Numbered from the stretch's first letter, positions 35,137 to 46,253 are shown. The stretch: 64,000 nucleotides of DNA from an uncultured Planctomycetaceae bacterium (GCA_963833985.1 CAWIAD010000002.1:5536001-5600000), one strand, 5' to 3'. Notes: generated by a model from the letters alone, not told the origin. Made by a program: numbers and translations.

Positions 35137-36476
35137 TGGCGACCGCGTGGGGCAAGATCGAGGCGCTGCTGGCCGGGCGGATCGGGCTCGACCCGGCCTC
35201 GGTGGGTTCAACCCTGCTCGCGCGCGGGGTCAAGCTGCGGATGGCGGAGCTCGGCCTGGCGGATGGAGAAGCCTACGCGTCGCTGCTTGCCGAGAGCGAC
35301 AGCGAGCTCCAGGCGCTGATCGAGGAAGTCGTCGTTCCGGAAAGCTGGTTCTTCCGCGACCAGGTACCGTTCGAGTACTTCCAGGACTTTGTGCGTGCCG
35401 GATGGGTCGCTCAGCCGGAACGGCCCATGCTGCGCATCCTGAGCATCCCCTGCGCGGGGGGTGAGGAACCTTACTCGATTGCCATCGCGCTCCTGCAAGT
35501 GGCCCTGGAACCCCGCCGCTTCCGCATCACCGCGATCGACGTGAGCCAGCGCCGGCTCACCACGGCCCAGCGCGGGGTGTATTCCACCAATGCTTTCCGG
35601 GGTTCGGACCTTGGTTTCCGCGATCGCTACTTTCAACCCCATGCCGAAGGCTTCCAGATCAATACCACGCTGCGTGAGCGGATCCGGTTTCTTCAGGGAA
35701 GCATCCTGGATCCCGGCCTGCTGGCCGGCGAGCCCGCCTTTGACATGGTCTTCTGCCGCAACCTGCTGATCTATCTCGACGAGCGCTCGCGCGGTTTGAC
35801 CCTGAAGGTGCTGAACCGCCTGCTGGCACGCGATGGGTTGCTGATCATTGGCCATGCCGACCGCCTGAGTACCGGTGGAACCGAACCCGGCTTCAGGCCA
35901 GTCGGCAATCCCCGCAGCTTCGCGTATTCCAGGGAGCCGGCCAGGCCACAACCCGGACCACAGATGGCCATGGAAGGCGGCCCGGCGCCGTCACCGTGCG
36001 CACTGCCTAGGCCCCTGACGCCCCTTGCCGGAGGTCAACCGGTCCATCCCGTGCCGCCACCAGCCGCGGCCCGTTCGCTTCTACCGATTGTCACGCGTGA
36101 TCCGCGGGGCCTGCCTCCGCCTGGCTCCGGGCAAGAGAATGGGCCGGCAGCACCGAGGTTGCGCCCCACGCTGGAGCAGGCAGCGGAACTGGCCAATCTC
36201 GGTCGTCATCCCGAGGCCATCGCGGTGTGCGAGCAGTTCGTCAGGCAGAACGGCCCGGTGGCCGCGGCCTATGGCTTGATGGGGGTGATCCACCAGTCCA
36301 GGGGTGATCGGGCCCAGGCCGAGACCTGCTTTCTGAAGGCGGTTTACCTCGATCCCCGACATGAGGACGCCCTGCTTGCTCTGGCGCTCTGCGCGGAGCG
36401 GCGCGGCGATGCCGCCATGGCCAAAGCCTACCGCCGGCGTGCAGAGCGGGCGATGCTGAACAAGGGAGCGCGGTGA
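35136..36476 (+). CDS. wspC: CheR methyltransferase with TPR (WspC)
   Basis: VVVPESWFFRD, LSIPCAGGEEPYSIA, FCRNLLIY; C-terminal TPR KAVYLDPRHEDAL. Confidence 0.9.
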   Translation: MATAWGKIEALLAGRIGLDPASVGSTLLARGVKLRMAELGLADGEAYASLLAESDSELQALIEEVVVPESWFFRDQVPFEYFQDFVRAGWVAQPERPMLRILSIPCAGGEEPYSIAIALLQVALEPRRFRITAIDVSQRRLTTAQRGVYSTNAFRGSDLGFRDRYFQPHAEGFQINTTLRERIRFLQGSILDPGLLAGEPAFDMVFCRNLLIYLDERSRGLTLKVLNRLLARDGLLIIGHADRLSTGGTEPGFRPVGNPRSFAYSREPARPQPGPQMAMEGGPAPSPCALPRPLTPLAGGQPVHPVPPPAAARSLLPIVTRDPRGLPPPGSGQENGPAAPRLRPTLEQAAELANLGRHPEAIAVCEQFVRQNGPVAAAYGLMGVIHQSRGDRAQAETCFLKAVYLDPRHEDALLALALCAERRGDAAMAKAYRRRAERAMLNKGAR

Positions 36477-36477
36477 G

Positions 36478-37278
36478 ATGGGCGATGACCCTTCGGGACA
36501 GAGCACGGGGCTTGCGAGCCTGGCAATTGCCGACGGCGGTTGCTGGAACCAGATCGGCATTGCCGGCGACCAGACCTGCCCCGAGCTCCAGACCCATATC
36601 CATTGCCGCAACTGTCCTGTCTTCGCCCTGGCGGCGCGTGCGTTTTTCGAGCGGCCCGCAGACCCCCACTACCTGGCGGAGTGGACGCAGTGGCTTGGCC
36701 GCTCGGCCGAGACCGCCAGCCAGAGGTCCAGTAGCGCCGCGGAGCTGACCGGTCCCGACCAGATCAGCCTCCTGATCTTCCGGCTCGGCAAGGAATGGAT
36801 GGCATTGCCCACACAGACCGTCTCCGAAGTCACGCTACCCCGGCCGCTCCACCGCATCCCTCATCGCTCCAGTACCGTCCTGGTGGGGCTGGTCAATCTC
36901 CGCGGCCAGTTGCAGCTCTGCATCTCACTGCACGGCCTGCTGGGGCTGGACACGGCCCCGCTGCCACCACCGGGCGTTACCTCAGAATTCCAGACGCCAA
37001 AGGATACAGACCTCACGGCAGCCACCGCGGGAAGCATGGCCACGCAGGGCCGGCTGATCGTGCTGCGGAACCGCGAACGGTCCGAGAGCTGGGTCTTCGC
37101 GGCGGACGAGATCCTCGGCGTGCAGCGCATTCCCCGATCGCAAATGCACAGCGTCTCCTCGGCACTGGCGAACCCGGAAGTCAGCTTCAGCCAGGCGATC
37201 CTCGCCTGGGAAGATCACAGCGTCACCATGCTCGACGAACAGCGGATCTTCGCCGCCCTGCGGAGCATCGGACAATGA
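36478..37278 (+). CDS. wspD: CheW-like adaptor (WspD)
   Basis: WspD-type CWNQIGIAGDQTCPELQTHIHCRNCPV; LLIFRLGKEWMAL, LHRIPHR, VNLRGQL. Confidence 0.88.
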   Translation: MGDDPSGQSTGLASLAIADGGCWNQIGIAGDQTCPELQTHIHCRNCPVFALAARAFFERPADPHYLAEWTQWLGRSAETASQRSSSAAELTGPDQISLLIFRLGKEWMALPTQTVSEVTLPRPLHRIPHRSSTVLVGLVNLRGQLQLCISLHGLLGLDTAPLPPPGVTSEFQTPKDTDLTAATAGSMATQGRLIVLRNRERSESWVFAADEILGVQRIPRSQMHSVSSALANPEVSFSQAILAWEDHSVTMLDEQRIFAALRSIGQ

Positions 37279-39742
37279 GCGACGACCTGAGCGGCTTCTC
37301 GATGATGGACCTGTTCCGCATGGAGGCCGACGAGCGGCTGGCCGTGCTGGCGCAGGGACTGGTGGCGCTCGAGGGGACCACTGGCCCGGCCGAGCGCATC
37401 GAGCCCCTGATGCGCACGGCTCATTCGCTCAAAGGCGCAGCCCGGATCGTCGGGCTCGACGATGCGGTGCGCATCTCCCACGCGATGGAAGACTGCCTGG
37501 TCGCGGCGCAGAAGGCGCAGATCCAGCTCGGTCCGGGAAGCATCGACGCACTCCTCTGCGGCGTGGACCTGCTCACGCAAATCTCGAAGCTGGCCGAGGC
37601 GGAGCAGGAAGCGTGGCGCGCAACCCAGCTTCCTGCGATCGAGCAGCTTCTGGCCAGGCTGGCCGCCATCCAGGCAGGGCAAACCGCAGCGCTCGAACCG
37701 GCGTCCGCCCCAGTACCATCGCCGCCAGTTTCAGCTTCAGCTTCAGCTTCAGCTCCAGCTTCAGCTCCAGCTTCGGCGCCAGCTCCAGCCCCAGCTCAGA
37801 AACCGGACCCGGAACCCGCGAACGTTGCGCCACATCCGGAGGAGCCATCTGCCCCGGCCCAGGTGCCCGCGACATCCGACGCGTCCGCGGCATCTCCACA
37901 GGCACGACCGCAGGCTGCTCCGACCTCGAAGGCCCCGTCCACTCCGTCCGGCGGCGAACCGGCCGATCGAGTGGTGCGAGTCACGGCGGAAAGCTTGACC
38001 AGGCTCATGGGGCTGGCCGGTGAGTCGCTGGTTCAGACCCGGCGGTTCCGCCCGTTCGTCGATTCGCTGCTGCTGCTCAAGAGCCGCCAGACCGGGCTGC
38101 TGGAAACACTCCAGCGGCTGGAAGACCGTCTCTCCAGCAACGGGGAAACGTTGCCCGCCGCGGAGCGAGAGCTCCTGGCCACAGCCCGAGGTCAGGCCTC
38201 GCGCTGCCTGGAAGGCCTTGGCCAGACCCTCGAGACCATCGAGGAGTTCGCCCGCGGGAGCGAAGACCTGTCAAGCCGGCTGCATCACGAGGTGCTGGCG
38301 TCGCGGATGCGTCCGCTGGCCGATGGGATTCGCGGGTTTCCGCGCCTCGTCCGCGACCTGGCACGTCAGCTTGGCAAGCAGGCGGCCTTTCAGGTGGTGG
38401 GTGACACCACGGGCGTTGACCGCGACATCCTTGACGGCCTGGAGGCGCCCCTTAACCACCTGATCCGCAATGCGCTCGATCATGGGCTTGAGACAGCCGA
38501 GGTGCGCCGGGCCGCGGGCAAGAACCCGACGGGGACCATCCGGCTGGAGGCGCGCCACCGTGCAGGGATGCTCCAGATCGTACTGGCCGACGACGGCCGG
38601 GGCATCGACCTGGAGCGGCTCCGGACCAAGGTTATTGAGAAAGGGCTCACCACCGCAACGGTCGCCAGCCGGCTGAGCGAGTCCGAGCTGCTCGATTTCC
38701 TGTTCCTGCCAGGCTTCTCCACGAAGGAAGCCGTGACCGAGGTCTCCGGCCGCGGTGTCGGCCTGGACGTGGTCCAGAGCATGGTCCAGGCGGTTCGCGG
38801 ATCGGTCCGGGTGAACAGCCAGCCTGGCAAGGGTACGCGATTTATCCTCCAGCTCCCGCTCACGGTTTCGGTGATCCGCGCCCTGCTGGCGGAGATCGCC
38901 GGCGAGCCGTTTGCCTTTCCGCTGAACCGGATCGACCGGATCCTGATGCTCGAGCACACCACCATCTGCGAGCTCGAGGGGAAACCGCACATGATTCTGG
39001 ACGGCCAGCCCATCGGCCTGGTGGAGGCAGCACAGATTCTCGATCTACCGGCGACGTCGCGGCAAGAGGGCAAGCTTCCGGTGGTGGTGGCCAGCGACCG
39101 CAGCCACCGCTTCGGGGTCATTGTCGATCGCTTCCTGGGCGAGCGGGACCTGCGTGTTGCGCCCTGGATCCACGGCTGGGCAAGGTCCCCAACCTGAACA
39201 GCTCATCGGTGCTCGAGAACGGCTGGCCGGTGCTGATCATCGACGTTGAGGATCTGATCCGCTCGATTGATAACCTGCTGGGCGGCCGCCAGATCCGGCG
39301 GATTCGCCTGGACGTGGAGCAGACCGAGGCGGTGCACGGACCCAGGCGCATCCTGGTGGTCGACGATTCGATCACCGTTCGCGAGCTGGAACGGCAGCTC
39401 CTGGAAAACCAGGGCTACACGGTGGACGTGGCCGTGGACGGGGTTGACGGCTGGAATGCCGTGCGCTCGGGCCGCTACGACCTGGTGGTCAGTGATATCG
39501 ATATGCCTCGCATGGATGGAATCCAGCTCGTGACGCACATCAAGGAAGACGACCGGCTACGGGCCATTCCGGTGATCATCGTGTCCTACAAGGATCGCGA
39601 GGAAGACCGGATCCGCGGCCTGGACGCCGGCGCCAACTTCTACCTCACCAAGAGCAGCTTCCACGACCAGACCTTTCTGGATACGGTGGTAGACCTGATC
39701 GGTGAGGCGAAGGCCTCCTCGAGGGAGGAGCGCGGGCCTTGA
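37275..39742 (+). CDS. wspE: Hybrid CheA-REC kinase (WspE), one frameshift near 39163
   Basis: HPt AHSLKGAAR, HLIRNALDHG, DDGRG, FLPGFST, SGRGVGLDVV. Adding one C in ccc gives APLDPRLGKVPN, joining REC ILVVDDSITVRE...DIDMPRMDG. Confidence 0.9.
37731..37796 (+). repeat. Hexamer tandem repeat (T/C)CAGCT x about 11, encoding an SA/PA linker in WspE
   Basis: tcagcttcagcttcagcttcagctccagcttcagctccagcttcggcgccagctccagccccagct. Confidence 0.85.
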
Positions 39743-39854
39743 TGGAGCAACACCGGAACCGCTTCCCGTCTTGCGGAATGAAGCGCGTAGTTCGCCGTTC
39801 AGACCCGTCGCCTTGCCGTCGCCGTACGCTCTCTGTCGCCGGCCGAGGAGCCCC

Positions 39855-40913
39855 ATGAGAATCGGCATCGTCAACGATTCGATCATGGCTTGCGAGGTCC
39901 TCCGGCGGGTCGTTCTTTCGCAACCCGGGAATGAGGTGGCGTGGATTGCCCGTGATGGCGCAGAGGCCGTGGTCATGGCGCGCGCCGATCGGCCCGACCT
40001 GGTCCTCATGGACCTGTTCATGCCAGGCGTCGACGGCGTCGAGGCGACGCGCCGGATCATGAACGAGACGCCCTGCGCAATCCTGGTGGTCACGGCCACG
40101 GTGAGCGGGCACATCCACAAGGTTTACCAGGCCATGGGCTGGGGTGCGCTCGATGCCGTCGATACGCCCGTTCTCGGGCCCACCGCCGACGTGGCCGGGG
40201 CTGGATCGCTGCTGCGCAAGATGGAGGTGATCGGCAACCTGATCGGCAAGGTTCCCGCGCGTCTGGCAGTTCCACCCGCGGCTGCGCCCGCCGTGCCGCC
40301 CGCCCACGAACCGTCCCTTCATCCCCTGGTGTTGCTGGGCGCATCGACGGGCGGTCCGTTCGCCCTGGCGGAGACTCTCGCCGGGCTCCCCCCATCGCCC
40401 AGGGCGACAATCGTGATCGTGCAGCACGTGGACGCCGCCTTTGCTCCCGGCCTGGGGCAGTGGCTGAGCGAGCGTGCACACCGCCCCGTCGAGCTGATCC
40501 AGGACGGCACCGAGCTGACTGAAGGAAAGATCCTGCTTGCCGGCAGCGATGACCATTTGATGGTGGGCAGCAACCGCCGGCTTTACTATACGGCCGAGCC
40601 GAGGACGCTGAGTTACCGGCCCTCGGTAGACGTCTTCTTCAAGAGCGTGGCCGCGCGCTGGCCGCGCGCCGGACTGGCCGTACTGCTCACGGGAATGGGC
40701 CGCGATGGAGCCCAGGGGCTACTGGAGCTCCGGCGGCTGGGGTGGAAGACCATTGCACAGGATGAATCCACCAGCGTGGTCTGGGGCATGCCGCGTGCGG
40801 CCGTGGAGCTGGACGCGGCCGATCAGGTCCTCCCCCTGCACCTGATCAGCCAGGCGATCGCCGCTCATCTTTCCTCGCAAAATTCGAGTCAGGCGCAGGC
40901 GCGTACCACATGA
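39855..40913 (+). CDS. wspF: CheB methylesterase (WspF)
   Basis: MRIGIVND REC, GASTGGP, VQHVD, YRPSVDVFF, LLTGMGRDGA, AQDESTSVVWGMP; GAGGAG before ATG 39855. Confidence 0.92.
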   Translation: MRIGIVNDSIMACEVLRRVVLSQPGNEVAWIARDGAEAVVMARADRPDLVLMDLFMPGVDGVEATRRIMNETPCAILVVTATVSGHIHKVYQAMGWGALDAVDTPVLGPTADVAGAGSLLRKMEVIGNLIGKVPARLAVPPAAAPAVPPAHEPSLHPLVLLGASTGGPFALAETLAGLPPSPRATIVIVQHVDAAFAPGLGQWLSERAHRPVELIQDGTELTEGKILLAGSDDHLMVGSNRRLYYTAEPRTLSYRPSVDVFFKSVAARWPRAGLAVLLTGMGRDGAQGLLELRRLGWKTIAQDESTSVVWGMPRAAVELDAADQVLPLHLISQAIAAHLSSQNSSQAQARTT

Positions 40914-41050
40914 CCTGGAAAAGATGGTAAGTCATAGGATGACGGGCACGCTGGGGCACGCCCTCTGCCCCGTTCCTCCGGGCCGATCATCGGGCGATTG
41001 CTGCCCGGGCCATCGCAAGACCAAGATGTCAGGCCCCCTGGAGTTCCGCA

Positions 41051-42247
41051 ATGAGCACTGAGCCCCTCCTCACCCAGCACAAGGTGACGGTCCTCTTGAT
41101 CGACGACCAGCCGATGATTGGCGAGGCCGTCCGGCGCATGCTGGCCGGCGAGCCGGACATTGTCTTTCACTATTGCCGCGACGCGACCAAGGCCCTTGAC
41201 GAGGCGGCTCGCATCAAGCCCACGGTCATCCTGCAAGACCTGGTCATGCCCGACATCGACGGGCTCACGGTGGTGAAAAACTTCCGGGCCAGCGAGGGAA
41301 CGCGGGAAACCCCCATGATTGTGCTATCCACCAAGGAAGACCCGGCCGTCAAGGCCGAGGCCTTCGCGCTGGGGGCCAACGACTACATCGTCAAGCTCCC
41401 GGACCGGCTGGAGCTGCTGGCACGGATCCGCTACCACTCCAAGGGCTACATCGCGCTCTTGCAGCGCAATGAGGCGTACCAGGCCCTGATGGAAAGCCAG
41501 AAACGCCTGGCCAGCGAGGTCAAGCAGGCAGCGAAGTATGTTCAATCACTGCTGCCTGACAAGCTCAGGAAGGGACTCATCAAGACCGACTGGAGGTTTG
41601 TCCCCTCGGCCGAGCTGGGCGGCGACTCGTTCGGCTATCACTGGCTGGACGACGACCACTTCGCCTTCTACCTGCTGGATGTCAGCGGCCACGGCGTGGG
41701 CGCGGCCCTGCTTTCGGTATCGGCCATGAACGCGCTGCGCTCCCAGGCCCTGCCGAATACCGACTTCCGCCAGCCGGGCCAGGTCCTCTTCGCCTTAAAC
41801 AACGCGTTCCAGATGGACCAGCAGAACGGGCTCTACTTCACGATCTGGTACGGCGTCTTCCACAAGCCCACGCGGCGCGTCGATTACTCCGGAGGGGGAC
41901 ACCCGCCGGCCCTGCTGCTCACGGGACCTACGGCCGAGCAGGCCACGCTTCAGATCCTTGATTCCAAGGGGCCGATGATCGGCGCGGTCACCGACCTGGA
42001 GTACGAGTCGGGCACCACCACGCTGGATGCCTTCGCCAAGGTCTATATTCTGAGCGATGGTGCGTACGAGATCGAGAAGGCCGACAACACGATGTGGCCG
42101 TTCAGCGAGTTCCTGGCGTTCATGGGCCAGGGCCCGCACCACAACACGGAGACCTCGAAGATGGACTTGCTCATCGCCCACGACCGCATGTTGATGGGAA
42201 GAGACGAGTTCGCCGACGACCTGTCTCTTGTGGAGCTTCTTTTCTGA
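41051..42247 (+). CDS. WspR-type receiver + stalk fused to SpoIIE/PP2C phosphatase
   Basis: DDQPMIGEAVRR, PTVILQDLVMP, IVLSTKEDP, GANDYIVKLPD..EL.ARIRYHS...LQRNEAY; then ELGGDSF, LDVSGHGVGAAL, GGHPP, LSDG, DDLS. No GGDEF. Confidence 0.9.
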   Translation: MSTEPLLTQHKVTVLLIDDQPMIGEAVRRMLAGEPDIVFHYCRDATKALDEAARIKPTVILQDLVMPDIDGLTVVKNFRASEGTRETPMIVLSTKEDPAVKAEAFALGANDYIVKLPDRLELLARIRYHSKGYIALLQRNEAYQALMESQKRLASEVKQAAKYVQSLLPDKLRKGLIKTDWRFVPSAELGGDSFGYHWLDDDHFAFYLLDVSGHGVGAALLSVSAMNALRSQALPNTDFRQPGQVLFALNNAFQMDQQNGLYFTIWYGVFHKPTRRVDYSGGGHPPALLLTGPTAEQATLQILDSKGPMIGAVTDLEYESGTTTLDAFAKVYILSDGAYEIEKADNTMWPFSEFLAFMGQGPHHNTETSKMDLLIAHDRMLMGRDEFADDLSLVELLF

Positions 42248-42423
42248 GATCTGTCCGTTTGCGTGCCACCCTTGCGGCAACGCTTCCACTCTGCAAGCCA
42301 ATGAATCCTCTGCGCGACCGAATGCATTCTTGCAGGGTGGTGCCACGATCTGCACGCCATTCCACTTCCTCAGCATGAGGGTGGGCGTGCCAGAAGCATT
42401 GCCCCGATTGGGAGATCCGAACA

Positions 42424-44187
42424 ATGTTGGTTCCCGTATCAATGTGGATACTGGCGGCGGCTCTGAGCCAGTCGCCTGGTCCTGCGGCGACGGACGCTGG
42501 GTGGATGAAAGCGGTGCCGGCCAGCATCGATGCGGCAGTTCGCGTGCGCGGCGTGGATGCCACGCACATGGATCTGGTGGCGATGCTCAGGGCCATCAGT
42601 CCCAGGCTGGCGCAACGAGCAGAGCCCGCCGTGAACGAGCATGTGACACAGTTCCGGCAGAAGTTTGGCGACGCGGCCGCGAAAACCCCCTGGGTCAGCC
42701 TGATCCGAGCCCCCGCTCCAGACGGCGACGGCCGCCCCTCTTTTGCCGTCCTGGTACTGAGTGATGACTATCTGGGCGTGCTCAAAACCCTCGGAGGCGG
42801 CAAGGAACCGGAGATCGAGCACACAGACGGTGGCTTCGATGCGTTCAAGAACGCGGGCGGCGACGAGATGAAGTACACCTTTAAGGGGCAAGGCTTTGTG
42901 GCATTCAGTCCCGACCAGGCGCTGATGGGGGCAATCGCCAGGCCTGGTGAGAAGACCCTGGACAAGGCTTTGAGCCCAGCTCTGGCCGAGCATTTCCTGG
43001 CTGGAGACGTCGGCATCTATGTGAACGCAAATGCACTGGTATCCCGATTCGGCGAGCAGATCGACCAGGCGCGGCAGGCCTTCATGAATGCCCTCGATCA
43101 GGCCGGCCAGCAGGCTGGAAACGCTGGTACCATGAACGCCGCCAAGGATCTCTACGGAACGCTCTTCGACTCGCTGAAAACCGCGGATGCGTTGACCATC
43201 AACATCGATGTTGCGGGTGAAGGTTTGAGCCTGGCGGGAGTCCTGGCCGTGAAACCCGACTCCTCCCTTGCCAGGTTCTGCAAGGAAGCCGTATCCGGGA
43301 CGGCTGCGGACCTGGCCGGGCTACCTCCGGATTCCTCGTTTTACGTCTACATGAATATGGATGCCAGCACAGCCAACCAGCTTCAGGGTATGGCCGCGGG
43401 GATGATGAATCCCGGTGGAAAGCCCACATCCGAGCAGACCAGGGCATTGGCCCTCTTTGATGGGTTGGGCCGGGTCGAGACGGCGGGGTGTCTCACGTTC
43501 GCTCACGGCCTGCGCGGGTTCAACGTGACGCGGGTCGCCGACACCAGGAAATACCTCGCCGCCTGCCAGGCAAACATCCAGGCTCTGAAGGGAGGCGACG
43601 GCCCGTCCGCTCTCTACAAGGATGTCAAGGTCGAATCAGACGCCGAGCACTACCAGGGTGTGTCCTTGAGCCACATCATCGCCACGCTCGATCTCGACAG
43701 GTTCGCTCAGCTTAATCCCAAAAATCCGACGGCAGTCGCGATGATGAAGTCCATGTTCCCTGGCGAGACCATGAACAGCTGGCTTGGCTCCGATGGCAAA
43801 AGCGTGTATCAGGTCACTGCCCCGACCTGGGAAGACGCCCGGGCGCAGATCGACACGTTTCTGAGGGGAAACGCAGGCGTGGGGAGCGTTCCCGGCTTCA
43901 AGAGCGTACGCGCTCACTTGCCAGCTCAAGCAAACCTGGTGATGCTGCTGAGTGCTCAGGGTCTGGTGCGGTCGTTCGCGTCGCAATTCTCCGCGATGAT
44001 CAACAAGCCGGAGCCGAAAGCTCCTGAGAAGCTTCCCGGAGAGCCCGCATTCATCGGTGTGTCTCTGACGCCCAGGCCACCCTCGGGATTCGAGTTCCAC
44101 CTGGTTGTCCCCAGCACCGTCGGGCCGATCCTCGAGCAAGGGCTGGTGCCGGTGTTCCAGTCAGTCACTCCGCCGAATCAGCCTTGA
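42424..44187 (+). CDS. Secreted hypothetical protein
   Basis: 587-aa ORF with signal-like N-terminus and coding-like GC3; no motif recognised. Confidence 0.7.
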   Translation: MLVPVSMWILAAALSQSPGPAATDAGWMKAVPASIDAAVRVRGVDATHMDLVAMLRAISPRLAQRAEPAVNEHVTQFRQKFGDAAAKTPWVSLIRAPAPDGDGRPSFAVLVLSDDYLGVLKTLGGGKEPEIEHTDGGFDAFKNAGGDEMKYTFKGQGFVAFSPDQALMGAIARPGEKTLDKALSPALAEHFLAGDVGIYVNANALVSRFGEQIDQARQAFMNALDQAGQQAGNAGTMNAAKDLYGTLFDSLKTADALTINIDVAGEGLSLAGVLAVKPDSSLARFCKEAVSGTAADLAGLPPDSSFYVYMNMDASTANQLQGMAAGMMNPGGKPTSEQTRALALFDGLGRVETAGCLTFAHGLRGFNVTRVADTRKYLAACQANIQALKGGDGPSALYKDVKVESDAEHYQGVSLSHIIATLDLDRFAQLNPKNPTAVAMMKSMFPGETMNSWLGSDGKSVYQVTAPTWEDARAQIDTFLRGNAGVGSVPGFKSVRAHLPAQANLVMLLSAQGLVRSFASQFSAMINKPEPKAPEKLPGEPAFIGVSLTPRPPSGFEFHLVVPSTVGPILEQGLVPVFQSVTPPNQP

Positions 44188-44357
44188 CGTTGCCCGCCCG
44201 AGGAACACGATGATGGCGGCGGAGTCGGTACCGTATGATGGAGGACCGATCTCCGCCGCGTTTCACTCGTGTGAGTGTGGCATTCGTATTCTGCCCTGAG
44301 CCGGCAAGAACTTTGCCATAACGTTGGCTTCTCGCAATCCCGCTGGAGTTCCGGCTC

Positions 44358-46253
44358 ATGGAATACTCAACCTGGTCTCGTCGGATTGCCGACCTGGCCG
44401 GGGCTGTGTCGCGTCTGGAGGCCACGGCCACCCCCCTGGGCGTCCCGGCGCCCGCTTCCGCTGCCTGGCACGCCAACCTGTTCCAGAAGCTGGTGCCGCA
44501 GGTGACCGGCGCACCTTACCTCATCGTGGCCGTGGCGGGCGGAACGAACATCGGCAAGAGCACCATGTTCAACCACCTGGTCGGCTTTGCCGCCAGCCGG
44601 GTGCATCCGGACGCCACCCAGACGCGCCATCCGGTTTGTCTCTTGCCTCAGGCTTTTTCTCAAAGCCACGAGCTGGCCCGGGTGTTTCCCGGTTTCGAGC
44701 TCCAGTCGTGGACCTCGGAAGACGACGCGGTCGCCGACGGGCCGTCGAACCGGCTGATCCATCGTGCGGACCCCACCGGGCTCCAGCCTCCGAACCTGGT
44801 GCTCCTGGACACTCCCGACGTGGACGGGGCGATTCCGGTGAACTGGGACCGTGCCCGGCTGATCAGCCATGCCGCCGACGTGCTGGTGGCCGTGCTGACC
44901 CAGCAGAAGTTCAACGACGCCGCGGTCCGCCGCTTCTTCCGCGAGGCCGCGGAGGCCGACAAGACCATCCTGGTGGTCTTCAACATGGTGGAATGGCCCG
45001 AGGACCGCGAGCACTGCCTGCGCTGGCTCGACACCTTTTGCAAGGGGACCGGCGCGACTCCCGCCCACGTGTATGCCGTGCCCCGCGACCGTGCCGCGGC
45101 GCGCGCGAACCGCCTAACGTTTCACGCGCTATCCCCCGGCGCGACCGAGCCCCGGCGCGACCTGGCGGAGCTGCGCTTCACCGAGATCAAGGTGCGTTCG
45201 CTGCATGGTGCGCTGCGGCAGATGCTCGCGCCGCGCGAGGGGCTGCCCGCATACCTGGAAGAGCTGCATGCCCGGGCCGTCGAGAACCGTGAGGCCCGGA
45301 CGATCATTCACGACACGGTCCAGCTCAAGCTTGAAGCACCCGCCCTGCCCGGCCACGTGGTGACGGATGAGATCTGGCGCTGGCTGGAACCGCGGCGCAC
45401 CCGGTTTGACAGGACCGTCCACAAGTTCTACGGCAAGCTGGGCGGGGCGATCATGAAGCTGCTGCCGGGGCGCCGTGATCCGCTCCGTGATGAGGCCGAG
45501 TACGTCCAGGCCGAAGAGGAGCTGCTCACCCGGGCCCTGGAGGAGATCTACGCCAAGCTGGAACTCGTTGGCAGGGCTGCAAAGCCGGTTCTGCAAAAGG
45601 AGCTCGAGCCGGTGCTCTCGGGGACCGAGCGGCAGCGGGCCTTCACCGAGCTGCAAAGCCGGCTCGCGGCCACGCCCTTGCTGACCGACGACTACCGGCG
45701 GGCCATTGGCGGTGAGCTGGAGCGATTCGAGACCGAGCATCCCCGGATGATGCGGGCCATCGAGTGGGGCCTCATCGCCACGGCCGTGATCCGCCCGGCC
45801 ATCTCCATCGGCATGTTCGGCGGCGCCGAGCTGCTCACCCACACGGCGCTGCACGTCGGCTCTCATTCGGTGGTTCAGATTGCCATCGACGTCGCCGCGG
45901 GCGCGGCTGGTGCGGCTGGCGGTGAGGGTGCCATCGCGGGCTTGGCGGCGCCGGCCCGGAAACTGATCGCCGACCTCTTCGCCGAGTTTTACAAGGAGCG
46001 GGCGTCACTGCTTGCCCGCGTGATCCACGACTGTGTTTTGGGCCGGCACCTGGAACGCATCGACCGGCTCGCCGAGCTTGGCGAAAGCGAGGACTACCGC
46101 GCCTCGGTGCGCCTCGTCGGCGACCTCTCGCGGCAGCTTGCCGCGCTGGGCACGTTGCCGCCGGGTCGCGCGGAACACGACGCTCCGGTCTCGGCCTCGG
46201 CACCCGCGCTGACATCGCGGTCAGGAGAGAAGAAAGAGGCATCCCTTGGTTGA
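44358..46253 (+). CDS. TRAFAC GTPase (MMR_HSR1/dynamin-like) with helical C-terminus
   Basis: G1 GGTNIGKS, G2 TQT, G3 DTPDVD, G4-like FNMV; hydrophobic segment near the C-terminus. Confidence 0.8.
   Translation: MEYSTWSRRIADLAGAVSRLEATATPLGVPAPASAAWHANLFQKLVPQVTGAPYLIVAVAGGTNIGKSTMFNHLVGFAASRVHPDATQTRHPVCLLPQAFSQSHELARVFPGFELQSWTSEDDAVADGPSNRLIHRADPTGLQPPNLVLLDTPDVDGAIPVNWDRARLISHAADVLVAVLTQQKFNDAAVRRFFREAAEADKTILVVFNMVEWPEDREHCLRWLDTFCKGTGATPAHVYAVPRDRAAARANRLTFHALSPGATEPRRDLAELRFTEIKVRSLHGALRQMLAPREGLPAYLEELHARAVENREARTIIHDTVQLKLEAPALPGHVVTDEIWRWLEPRRTRFDRTVHKFYGKLGGAIMKLLPGRRDPLRDEAEYVQAEEELLTRALEEIYAKLELVGRAAKPVLQKELEPVLSGTERQRAFTELQSRLAATPLLTDDYRRAIGGELERFETEHPRMMRAIEWGLIATAVIRPAISIGMFGGAELLTHTALHVGSHSVVQIAIDVAAGAAGAAGGEGAIAGLAAPARKLIADLFAEFYKERASLLARVIHDCVLGRHLERIDRLAELGESEDYRASVRLVGDLSRQLAALGTLPPGRAEHDAPVSASAPALTSRSGEKKEASLG

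Noticed and set aside
36795..37274. Long N-terminal extension of the CheA ORF
   Set aside because: Overlaps wspD in another frame; the HPt domain starts at ATG 37275.
39150..39210. Programmed frameshift giving CheA with or without REC
   Set aside because: No slippery heptamer; the break lies inside the CheW domain at a CCC run and matches the window-wide indel pattern.
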